Source of the DNA: Chloroflexota bacterium
GTDB taxonomy: Bacteria > Chloroflexota > Dehalococcoidia > Lucifugimonadales > UBA3495
Assembly (NCBI GenBank): GCA_028875655.1
Contig: JAPPCX010000112.1
Coordinates: forward strand, 141 to 64,140
Direction: 5' to 3'
DNA: 64,000 nucleotides
Below, piece after piece: positions 18,473-29,120 of this stretch. The position numbers were made by a program, and so were the translations under genes. Each line of letters opens with the position of its first letter. Positions within the stretch are counted from its first letter, which is position 1. Under the pieces are notes generated by a model. It was given only the letters and a program-made list of their open reading frames with translations, was not told the DNA's origin and ran no database searches.

Positions 18473-20185
18473 ATGACCGGTTCGATCGATCCTTACAGCA
18501 CCATAGGCGACGTTCTGGATCAGCAGGCCGAGCGCTTCGGCGACCGCGATGCCTTCGTGCACGTCGAAGCCGGGGCGCGATACACCTACTCTCAGTTCCG
18601 TGCCGAGGTGGATCGGGTCGCTCGCGGGTTCCTGGCCCTGGGTATCCAGAGGGGCCAGCACGTGGCTATTTGGGCAACCAACTACACCGAATGGGCCCTC
18701 TGCCAGTTTGCCGCTGCCAAGATCGGCGCGGTGCTGGTGAATGTCAATCCCGCCTACCGCACCCGTGAGCTGGCCTACTTGTTGGAGCAGTCGGAGGTCG
18801 CCGCCCTGGTCATGATTGGCCAGTTCCGCGCTCCGGTCCTGACCGGCCGCTCCTCCGACTTCGTGGCAATGGTGAACGAGGTGGTCCCTGAGTTAAAAGA
18901 CTCCCATCCGGGCGAATTGTCGTCCTCCCGGTTTCCCAACCTGCGGAACGTAATCTACATTCCTCCCCCTACGGAACCGATGGCCAGGCCGCCGGCCGGG
19001 ATGTGGGCCTGGAGCGAGGTCGTAGAGCGGGGCCGGGCAACCGGCGAATCCGAATTGTCCCGGCGGCAAGCCGGCTGTAACCCGGACGACGTGGTCAATA
19101 TCCAGTACACCTCCGGGACCACGGGCAACCCGAAGGGAGCCATGCTCACTCACCATAATCTGGTTGCCAACGCACTATACGTTGGGGACGGAATGAAAAT
19201 GACCGAGTACGATCGACTGTGCATCCCGGTGCCCTTTTACCATTGTTTCGGCTGCGTTTTGGGCAACCTGGGCTGCATCACCCACGGGTCAACTATGGTG
19301 GTGCCGGCCGAGTACTTTGATCCCCTCAAGACGCTGACCGCAGTCGCCCAGGAGAGGTGCACCGCTCTCTACGGCGTTCCCACGATGTTTATCGCACAGC
19401 TCGGGCATCCTGAGTTCGATAAATTCGACCTTTCGTCGCTGCGCACCGGCGTCATGGGCGGCTCTCCTTGCCCCATAGAAGTCATACGCCAGGTCGTCAA
19501 CCGGATGGGCGCCAGCGAGTTGACCGTCTCCTACGGGCTGACCGAGGCCTCGCCGATAATTACCCAGACCCGGATCGGCGATCCTGTCGAGCGCCAGGTG
19601 TCCACCGTGGGGGTGGCGCTGCCGGAAGTGGAGGTGAAACTGGTGGACCCGGAGACCGACCTGGAGGTGGGCGTAGGGGAACAGGGCGAGCTGTGTACCC
19701 GCAGCGTAATGGTGATGATGGGCTACTACAACATGCCCGACGCCACCGCCGCCGCCATCGACTCCGAGGGCTGGCTGCACTCCGGAGATCTCGCGACGGT
19801 CGATGCGGAGGGCTACTACAGGATAACCGGCCGACTGAAGGACATGATCATCCGCGGTGGCGAGAATATCTACCCTACGGAGATCGAGGAGCTTCTCTAT
19901 GTCCACCCCAAAGTGCTGGACGTGCAGGTCATCGGCGTCCCGGACGAGCGGTTCGGCGAAGAAGTCATGGCCTGGGTGATATTGAAACCGGGCGAGACCG
20001 CGACGGAAGTAGAGATCCGGCGGTTCTTACGCGGCAAAATAGCCGACCACAAGGTCCCGCGCTACGTCAAAATGACCACCGAGTTCCCCATGACCGTCAC
20101 CGGTAAGATCCAGAAGTTTCGGATGCGCGAAATGGCGGTAGAAGAACTGGGCCTGCAAGCAGCCAGCCGGATCGAAACGGCGTGA
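18473..20185 (+). CDS. AMP-binding acyl-CoA synthetase/ligase
   Basis: IQYTSGTTGNPKGAMLTH (A3 motif), YGLTE, GWLHSGDLA, RGGENIYP, GKIQKF. The ATG at 18473 follows GGAGG. Confidence 0.9.
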   Translation: MTGSIDPYSTIGDVLDQQAERFGDRDAFVHVEAGARYTYSQFRAEVDRVARGFLALGIQRGQHVAIWATNYTEWALCQFAAAKIGAVLVNVNPAYRTRELAYLLEQSEVAALVMIGQFRAPVLTGRSSDFVAMVNEVVPELKDSHPGELSSSRFPNLRNVIYIPPPTEPMARPPAGMWAWSEVVERGRATGESELSRRQAGCNPDDVVNIQYTSGTTGNPKGAMLTHHNLVANALYVGDGMKMTEYDRLCIPVPFYHCFGCVLGNLGCITHGSTMVVPAEYFDPLKTLTAVAQERCTALYGVPTMFIAQLGHPEFDKFDLSSLRTGVMGGSPCPIEVIRQVVNRMGASELTVSYGLTEASPIITQTRIGDPVERQVSTVGVALPEVEVKLVDPETDLEVGVGEQGELCTRSVMVMMGYYNMPDATAAAIDSEGWLHSGDLATVDAEGYYRITGRLKDMIIRGGENIYPTEIEELLYVHPKVLDVQVIGVPDERFGEEVMAWVILKPGETATEVEIRRFLRGKIADHKVPRYVKMTTEFPMTVTGKIQKFRMREMAVEELGLQAASRIETA

Positions 20186-20205
20186 GCGGATAGATCGAGG
20201 TTTCC

Positions 20206-21102
20206 CTAAGCCAATCCGAGCCTTTGCAGGAATTCCACAGTCAGCGCCGCGCACTGTTCGGGTTCTTCCATCTGTAGAAAGTGTGTGGTCTCGGGGAGGA
20301 AATCGTAGTCGAGATCGTCCAACACTGAAAGGTCTATGCTTGGCATAAAGGAGAACCTTTGGGTGGGGTCGGCGCCGATGACCTTTATCGGGCAGCCGGT
20401 CCGCCCCAGGTCGATTTCCATCGCCCAACCGAAGTAGTAAGCAAAGGCCTGTGCCTCGTATTCTCTAGGGCAACGAAGTTCAAAGTCCCCACCCTCAACC
20501 GGGCGGGTTATGGCAGCCACCAGGAGGTCAACCGCGCCCGGTTTGAACCGTCGGTAATATGGGATGTCGCGCATGAGGTCGGCTAATTCGATCCGGGATT
20601 TGAAGCGCGGCCTCCGGCGGCTGGCGTGCAGCGCCAACCGGGTACTCACCCCCTCCATGTCCGGGGGCAGCCCGCCCGGCGGGCATATTGGCGGGTCAAA
20701 AAGCACCAAGGCCTCAAAACCGCCCCGTTCCTGCGCATGCAGCAGGGCCACCCCGGCCGACAGGGAATGAAAGATGCCGATGGGAGGTTTGTATCCGAAT
20801 CGTTCCGCGATAGTCCGTAGTATGCTATCTAAATCCAGTATGAAAGTGGGCACATGGTGTATCCGCCGGTCGCCTGCGGAACTCAGCCCATGGCTTCGGT
20901 AGTCATAGATGAACAGGTCGAACCGCTCGGTCAATAGCGACCAGAATGGGTAGTAAGCTTCCGCGGCCAGTCCGTTGCCGTGGCTCAGGATGATCCTTGG
21001 GCCTTCAGGGTTCCCGTACCGCCGTACACTGAGAACCGCTCCGTCATCCGTTGGCGTCCCAAACGCCAATGACGGAGCGGGCACTTTCCACTCGCTGGTC
21101 AT
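20206..21102 (-). CDS. alpha/beta hydrolase
   Basis: ILSHGNGLAAEAY, nucleophile elbow FHSLSAG, C-terminal THFLQMEEPE. Confidence 0.75.
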   Translation of the reverse strand: MTSEWKVPAPSLAFGTPTDDGAVLSVRRYGNPEGPRIILSHGNGLAAEAYYPFWSLLTERFDLFIYDYRSHGLSSAGDRRIHHVPTFILDLDSILRTIAERFGYKPPIGIFHSLSAGVALLHAQERGGFEALVLFDPPICPPGGLPPDMEGVSTRLALHASRRRPRFKSRIELADLMRDIPYYRRFKPGAVDLLVAAITRPVEGGDFELRCPREYEAQAFAYYFGWAMEIDLGRTGCPIKVIGADPTQRFSFMPSIDLSVLDDLDYDFLPETTHFLQMEEPEQCAALTVEFLQRLGLA

Positions 21103-21114
21103 TTCAGGTGTGAT

Positions 21115-21348
21115 CTACCCAAGGTGGGCGTTCAGGTAATTGACCAGTTCTCCAACGGTCTCAATGGCATGAGCTTCCTCGTCGTTCCTTATCTCGCACT
21201 GGAATTCCGTTTCCACGGCCACGGCCAGCTCGGCGATCCCGAAAGAGTCGGTCAGGTCGAGGAACAGAGTTTCGGGACTGATGTCGCTCCCGCTCTTATT
21301 GAAATGTCGCGCCAGCAACTGAGTGACCCGTTCCTGTGTGTCGGCCAT
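21115..21348 (-). CDS. stand-alone acyl/peptidyl carrier protein-like
   Basis: 77 aa from the ATG at 21348. LDLTDSFGIAELAVAVETEFQCEIRNDE...VGELVNYL fits the 4'-phosphopantetheine DS(L/F) site and a four-helix ACP pattern. Confidence 0.7.
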   Translation of the reverse strand: MADTQERVTQLLARHFNKSGSDISPETLFLDLTDSFGIAELAVAVETEFQCEIRNDEEAHAIETVGELVNYLNAHLG

Positions 21349-21523
21349 GCCTTTTTTCCCCCAGAGTAAAAAATTTGTGAATAATAATGCCTCGCCCCCT
21401 CCGCGCAAGTCCTGATTCTGACGGTCATTCTGCGGTCGTTATAAGGATGTTTTCGTTGCCCCGCTTGCCGCGCTATGTTACCCTTTGGCCCGAACCACCA
21501 CCGGCGAATCCGGGGAAGCGTTG

Positions 21524-21853
21524 ATGATCACCTTCAACTGCACCATCCAGGAAGGAATAATTCCCGGCGACTTGCGGCCTGCTCTGGCTTCCGAGCTGGC
21601 TCGCATCAGTACCGGCATCCTTGGCGGTGACCCCAACGACGTATCCGTCCAGTGGATCGAGGTCCCCCACGGTTTCGGTTTCCGTGGTGGCGAACTCTCC
21701 ACCACCTCCGCCGTGCGCGGCGAAATCCCGCCCGGCTGCGACCAGGAAACCCGGGTCCGGCTGATGCAGACCATACAGGACCGCTGGATGGAACTGACCG
21801 GCTGCACTACCGCTGAACTGGTCGTGTCTGCCCGCGACCGTAGAGAAAACTAA
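21524..21853 (+). CDS. tautomerase-like small protein lacking N-terminal Pro (tentative)
   Basis: 110 aa from the ATG at 21524 (MITFNCTI). Its layout parallels the downstream paralogue, but residue 2 is Ile, not Pro. Confidence 0.35.
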   Translation: MITFNCTIQEGIIPGDLRPALASELARISTGILGGDPNDVSVQWIEVPHGFGFRGGELSTTSAVRGEIPPGCDQETRVRLMQTIQDRWMELTGCTTAELVVSARDRREN

Positions 21854-21876
21854 CCAAACCGACAGGAGCAAACACC

Positions 21877-22284
21877 ATGCCGTACTACCGCTGCATCATC
21901 CCCAAGGACGCCCTCTCTTTCGAACAGCGCCAGGACATCGCCCGCGCCTTCACCGACATCCACTGCGACAGCACCGGCGCGCCTCGCAGCTTCGTGTCCG
22001 TCGCTTTCTTTGAGACTTCCGACGGGGAGCAACCCGAATTTGGCTCCGAGTACTACCTGGACGGCGGCAACCGCGCCGGCCGCTCCGAGGAAGTCAAGCA
22101 ACAGCTTCTCGCCGACCTGACCAACGCCTTCTCCGACATCGCCGGCGTGCCGGCCGAGCAGATTCCCGGCCGTATCAGGGAAAACCCGGCCTCCTGGACC
22201 ATGGAAGGCGGTTTCGTCCTGCCCGAACCCGGCCAGGAGGGCCCGGAGTGGTACGCCGAAGTCGCTGCCGCTGCGGCAGACTGA
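21877..22284 (+). CDS. tautomerase superfamily protein (cis-CaaD/MSAD-size, tentative)
   Basis: Starts MPYYRC (Pro-1 after Met removal). ~135 aa beta-alpha-beta repeat pattern. Confidence 0.45.
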   Translation: MPYYRCIIPKDALSFEQRQDIARAFTDIHCDSTGAPRSFVSVAFFETSDGEQPEFGSEYYLDGGNRAGRSEEVKQQLLADLTNAFSDIAGVPAEQIPGRIRENPASWTMEGGFVLPEPGQEGPEWYAEVAAAAAD

Positions 22285-22308
22285 CCGCATCAGCAGATCA
22301 GCACATCC

Positions 22309-22337
22309 CTAGGGGCGGGTTTCAAACCCGCCCCTAC
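22309..22337. repeat. REP family 3b hairpin, likely terminator
   Basis: CTAGGGGCGGGTTTCAAACCCGCCCCTAC, 25 nt after the stop at 22284. A second copy lies at 55267-55295. Confidence 0.75.
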
Positions 22338-22405
22338 CCTTTCGGGCGCCGTACCGTCTTATCACCCAATCCGTTCGCCCGCGGCCTGCGTAACCCCGGC
22401 AACCT

Positions 22406-22414
22406 TGCTATACT
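22406..22414 (+). promoter_or_regulatory. extended -10 (TGCTATACT) upstream of secA
   Basis: TGnTAnAnT-type element 58 nt upstream of the secA ATG. The same pattern precedes several other genes in the window. Confidence 0.3.
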
Positions 22415-22471
22415 GTGAGCATACCGCCGGATCGTTCCCCAGTTGAGGACGACCCGGGGGAGGGTTCTCTT

Positions 22472-25135
<2,664 letters not shown>

Positions 25136-25155
25136 TCTGCGCTAAGCACAATCGT

Positions 25156-25183
25156 GTAGGGGCGAATAATTATTCGCCCCTAC
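25156..25183. terminator. REP family 3 hairpin between convergent secA and the YHS gene
   Basis: GTAGGGGCGAATAATTATTCGCCCCTAC, a perfect 12-bp stem. A second copy lies at 52009-52036. Confidence 0.6.
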
Positions 25184-25204
25184 GTGAGTAAGCGTTGATG
25201 CCCT

Positions 25205-25438
25205 TTACTGGCCGCGTCTGAACAAGCGCCGCACGAACGTCACCGGTTGCGGCTGTGGTTCTTCCATCGTGACGGGCTTGTTGCGGCCCGAAGCCCAGCC
25301 CTCCGGGTCCCGCTCGAACGCGATGCGGCAGCCGGGCGCGCAGAAGTAGTAGGTCTGCCCCTCGAACTCGCTGGTCCCGCCGTTGGGATGCTCGGTATCC
25401 ACCTGCATCAGGCAGATGGGATCGGTTGCGGTTGGCAT
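25205..25438 (-). CDS. YHS/TRASH-domain metal-binding protein
   Basis: DPICLMQVD...YYFCAPGCRIAFERDP is the YHS motif. Last gene of the copA transcription unit. Confidence 0.8.
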   Translation of the reverse strand: MPTATDPICLMQVDTEHPNGGTSEFEGQTYYFCAPGCRIAFERDPEGWASGRNKPVTMEEPQPQPVTFVRRLFRRGQ

Positions 25439-25456
25439 GGTGATAGTGTCCTGGAC

Positions 25457-25825
25457 CTAGTTGTCTGCGGGAGCCGGCACCAACTCAACGTCCGGCGGCA
25501 ACGTGAAAACTGCTCGGCCGTTATCATCGTGCGTGTGGTTGGCCAGCACCAGCATTATCTGTTGGTGGCTACGGCGGATTTCCTGAAGCACTTCGTTTCT
25601 AGTCTTCTCGATATCTGCTCTCAATCTCATCTCGGAGTTGGCGATGTCCGCTTTCAGCTCCTCCTTGTTCGACGTCACTTCCTTTTGCAGGGCCGCGTGT
25701 TCCTCACGCGTTGGCAGCCGGCCAATGCGGAAAGCGATTGCAATCAAAGCCACCGCTATGATGCCGTGGCTGCTGATAAGCGCAACGATTATCGGCGTAA
25801 CGCTGATTGTCCCTGCTGATTCCAT
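25457..25825 (-). CDS. hypothetical membrane-anchored coiled-coil protein
   Basis: One TM segment (VTPIIVALISSHGIIAVALIAIAF), a charged helical stretch, then LANHTHDDNG. Visibly AT-richer than its neighbours. Confidence 0.5.
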   Translation of the reverse strand: MESAGTISVTPIIVALISSHGIIAVALIAIAFRIGRLPTREEHAALQKEVTSNKEELKADIANSEMRLRADIEKTRNEVLQEIRRSHQQIMLVLANHTHDDNGRAVFTLPPDVELVPAPADN

Positions 25826-25875
25826 AATCTACTCACCGCGCTATGATGCTTTCCTGCAAGCCGATTGTATCAGCA

Positions 25876-28248
25876 TTACGGCAGTTGCAACATCCGTTGC
25901 CTGAAGCCGGCCTGCCGCAGCCGGAGCGAATTGCCGACCACGCTGACCGAGCTGAACGCCATGGCCAGCGCCGCCAGTATCGGGTTCAGGAACCCCGCGT
26001 CGCCGAAGAAGAAAGTTAGCCCGCCCGGCACGCCGCCCAGCGCAGCGAATACCGGATACAGCGCGCCCGCCGCCACCGGAATCAGCAGCGAGTTGTAGAA
26101 GAACGCCCAGAAGAGATTCTGCCGTATCGTCCGCATCGTCTCGCGGGAGAGCTTGAGCGCCGTGACGATGCCCGCCAGGTCGTCGCGCATCAGGATGATG
26201 TCCGCCGTTTCTCGCGCGATGTCCGTGCCGCCGCCCATGGCGATGCCCACGTCGGCCCGCGCCAGCGCCGGCGCGTCGTTGATGCCGTCGCCGGCCATCG
26301 CCACCACGCTGCCGTCCGACTGCAACAACGCCACCGCGTCGGCCTTGTCGACGGGCAGCATACCGGCGTGGTATTCGACTATCCCGCACTGTGACGCCAC
26401 CGACTCGGCGACTTCGGGGCGGTCGCCGGTCAGCATCACCACGCGCACCCCCAAGGACTGCAACGCAGCGACGGCTCCGGGAGTCTCGGGCTTGATACCG
26501 TCGGCCACCGCGATAACCCCTGCCATTCTGCCGTCCCGCGCCACCAGCATGGGCGTCTTGCCTTCGGTGGCGAGTTTCCCCGCCGCCTCCATCCAGCCGG
26601 CGTCCACCGGGATCTCCCGGTCGTCCATCAGCGATGCGTTGCCTACTGCCACGGACTTACCGTCCACGCGGGCAGTTACGCCGGCCCCGCGATGCGCGGC
26701 AAAATCGGTCGGAGTGACCACCGACAGCCCCTCATCCCATGCGCGTTCGACTACCGCGCGGCCTATCAGGTGTTCGGATAGCTGCTCAGCAGACGCCGCG
26801 ATAGTCAGTACCGTTGCCTGATCCATGCCTTCGCCGGCAATCACGTCCGTAACCTGTGGCCGGCCAACGGTCAGCGTACCCGTCTTGTCCACCGCGACCA
26901 CGCGCACCCGGTGCGCCGTTTCCAGCACTGCCGCGCTGCGGATCAGAATGCCTCGCTCGGCGGCCTTGCCCACGCCCACGATGATTGCCGTGGGCGTCGC
27001 CAGCCCCAGCGCGCACGGGCACGCGATGATGAACACCGCCACCAGCGTCAGCATCGCGTACTGCCACGCCGCTCCCGACAACGACGGCGACGGCCCCACG
27101 AACAGCCAGACCACTGCCGCCGTCAGCGCGATCAGTCCGACCGCAGGGACGAACCACGCCGAGACACGGTCGGCCAGCCGTTGCACCGGGGCGGCGGAAC
27201 CCTGCGCCTCCTCGACCAGCCGGATGACCCGGGCCAGGGCGGTGTCCGCGCCGACCCGCGTCGCCCGCATGATGAAACCGCCGGTCCCGTTCAGCGCGCC
27301 GGTGAGAACCGCGTCGCCGGGGGACTTCTCGGCCGGCATACTTTCACCCGTCAACGCGGATTCGTCCACCTCGGTGCTGCCGCTGACAACCTCGCCATCC
27401 ACCGGAATCTGCTCGCCGGGTCGCACGGCCAGCGTGTCGCCCACGGCAACCTGATCTACGGCAACGTCCTCGATGCTGCCGTCGTCCGACATCAGGTGCG
27501 CCACCTGCGGCCGCAGGTCCATCAGCCGGCCGATGGCATCCGACGCGCGAGACAGCGCCCGCGCCTCCAGCCACCTGCCCAGCAGGATCAGCGCCACGAT
27601 GATGGCCGCCATGTCAAAATGCAGTTGATGGCCGCCACTATGTAGGGGCGATCCTTGTGGTTGTCCAACGCTCGCCAGCCCCAGCACAACCACCGCCACG
27701 CTGTACCCGTAGGCCACCGACGTGCCCAACGCAATCAGAGTGTGCATGTTGGGCTGAATCCGACGCAATCCAGCGAATCCGGCCACGTAGAACGGCCAGC
27801 CCGCCCACAGCTGCACCGGCGTCGCCACGGCCCACAGCAGCATCGGATACCACCATCCGCCGGCGGCGAACAGCCCGTCCGTCCAAGGTAGCGCCGGAAA
27901 TCCGCCCAGCAGCAGCAGGATGCCGCCGGCCATCGCTACCAGCATCCGCCGGAGCAGATCGCGTTCCTCGTCGGAGCGGCCCGTGTCCGCCTCGGCGTTG
28001 GTGGCGTCGGTATCCAGCCGGTAGCCGGCATCGGCCACTGCCCGCGCCAACTCGTCCAGCGGAGGTTCGGCAACTGCTAGGTCGTTCAGGCTTACCGTCG
28101 CCCGCGCTGTGGCCAGGTTGATGGATACGTCGGCCACGCCGGGCACGGTGCGGATCGCCTCGCCGACGTGATGCACGCAGGCGGCACAGGTCATCCCCGA
28201 CACGGGGATGATGAGCGTATCGGAATTTGATTGGGCCATACGACCCAA
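25876..28248 (-). CDS. copA: copper-translocating P1B-type ATPase
   Basis: HMA domain GMTCAACV, TGES, CPC in ACPCALGLATP, DKTGTLT, GDGINDAP. Confidence 0.95.
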   Translation of the reverse strand: MGRMAQSNSDTLIIPVSGMTCAACVHHVGEAIRTVPGVADVSINLATARATVSLNDLAVAEPPLDELARAVADAGYRLDTDATNAEADTGRSDEERDLLRRMLVAMAGGILLLLGGFPALPWTDGLFAAGGWWYPMLLWAVATPVQLWAGWPFYVAGFAGLRRIQPNMHTLIALGTSVAYGYSVAVVVLGLASVGQPQGSPLHSGGHQLHFDMAAIIVALILLGRWLEARALSRASDAIGRLMDLRPQVAHLMSDDGSIEDVAVDQVAVGDTLAVRPGEQIPVDGEVVSGSTEVDESALTGESMPAEKSPGDAVLTGALNGTGGFIMRATRVGADTALARVIRLVEEAQGSAAPVQRLADRVSAWFVPAVGLIALTAAVVWLFVGPSPSLSGAAWQYAMLTLVAVFIIACPCALGLATPTAIIVGVGKAAERGILIRSAAVLETAHRVRVVAVDKTGTLTVGRPQVTDVIAGEGMDQATVLTIAASAEQLSEHLIGRAVVERAWDEGLSVVTPTDFAAHRGAGVTARVDGKSVAVGNASLMDDREIPVDAGWMEAAGKLATEGKTPMLVARDGRMAGVIAVADGIKPETPGAVAALQSLGVRVVMLTGDRPEVAESVASQCGIVEYHAGMLPVDKADAVALLQSDGSVVAMAGDGINDAPALARADVGIAMGGGTDIARETADIILMRDDLAGIVTALKLSRETMRTIRQNLFWAFFYNSLLIPVAAGALYPVFAALGGVPGGLTFFFGDAGFLNPILAALAMAFSSVSVVGNSLRLRQAGFRQRMLQLP

Positions 28249-28267
28249 TTATAACAAGCGCGTATCC

Positions 28268-28708
28268 TTACGCGGGCCGGAACATGGGCAGGGAGATGTT
28301 TTCGTCGATGTCCTCAAAGACGACCTCCACCGCCATGCCGCACTGCACAGAATCGGGACGAATCTCGCCCTCGCCGAACTCGATGCCCACCAGCCAGGTG
28401 GGAATGCGTGGGCCTTCCTCCAGTTCCACCACCGCCACGATGTAGGGAACCTTGTCCCGAAAGGCTGGCGTGGGGCCCCGGTGCACGATGGCGAAGGTGT
28501 GCAAGGTGCCGCGGCCGCTGGCCTGTATCCAATCGGTGTCGCGGCAGAAGCACCCGGGGAACGGGCAGATGTCCCGGGGGTAAAAGTAGGCATGGTCGCC
28601 TTTGATGCAGCGGCGCAGCCACAACTCGTGGGCCTTGCATTTCTCCCAGTAGAAATCGGATTCCGGTTGCGGAACGGGCAGGGGAATCTGGGGGGCGGCC
28701 TGGGTCAT
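28268..28708 (-). CDS. DUF35 Zn-ribbon/OB-fold protein
   Basis: FYWEKCKAHELWLRRCIKGDHAYFYPRDICPFPGC (rubredoxin-like knuckles) followed by an OB-fold segment GTLHTFAIVH...VAVVELEEG. Confidence 0.7.
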   Translation of the reverse strand: MTQAAPQIPLPVPQPESDFYWEKCKAHELWLRRCIKGDHAYFYPRDICPFPGCFCRDTDWIQASGRGTLHTFAIVHRGPTPAFRDKVPYIVAVVELEEGPRIPTWLVGIEFGEGEIRPDSVQCGMAVEVVFEDIDENISLPMFRPA

Positions 28709-28804
28709 TTTGCGAATCTCCCGTCGTTGGTGGTCAACGAATAGCTAGCGATGGTCGGCAGCAAGGATAGCGGCAGACGCCGGGCAACGCAAGCAGCCCC
28801 GGCG

Positions 28805-29113
28805 GTGGCGATTTTTTGGAAATCCCGCTCATTTCCGCTCGTTTCGGTCCATTTGAGTAGGGCGATAGGACGTGACGTTGGAGGTAAATGGGGGCGGCGA
28901 GGTCGGTTTTGGGGGCCAAAATGATGGTTTTGGCGGGCTGGCGGGAGGATTTGGGGGCGGTGTTTGAGGGTGGCGCGTGATTGTCTGAATCAGGATTATC
29001 GAGATTAGAGGATTTTCAGGATTGGGAGCTTCCGGGTATTTGGAATGGGGCGATTGGACGGCTAGGTTAAATGGTACGGATGGATGGAGGGTTAGGACAA
29101 GGGGGACTTGTCA
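28805..29113 (+). repeat. ~310-bp strand-asymmetric mosaic repeat, copy A (G/T-rich strand on +)
   Basis: Aligns by eye with 50701-51017 (+) and with the reverse complement of 42361-42714. Shared blocks: CCGCTCATTTCCGCT, TTTGAGTAGGG, GGTTTTGGGGG, TTTTGGCGGGC, GGATTTGGGG, TTAAATGGTACGGATGGATGGAGGGTTAG.ACAAGGGGGA..TGTCA. Confidence 0.85.
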
Positions 29114-29120
29114 TTTGTTG

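Noticed and set aside
17834-18661. N-terminal 276-aa extension of the hydrolase ORF 17057..18661
   Set aside because: The extension is antisense to the SnoaL-like gene and to the ligase start. The hydrolase fold begins right after a GTG at 17833 with a GAGGTG SD.
28805-29113. Protein-coding potential of the mosaic repeat (Pro-rich frames on the C-rich strand)
   Set aside because: All frames contain stops, and the three copies differ by non-triplet indels. The similarity is at the nucleotide level.
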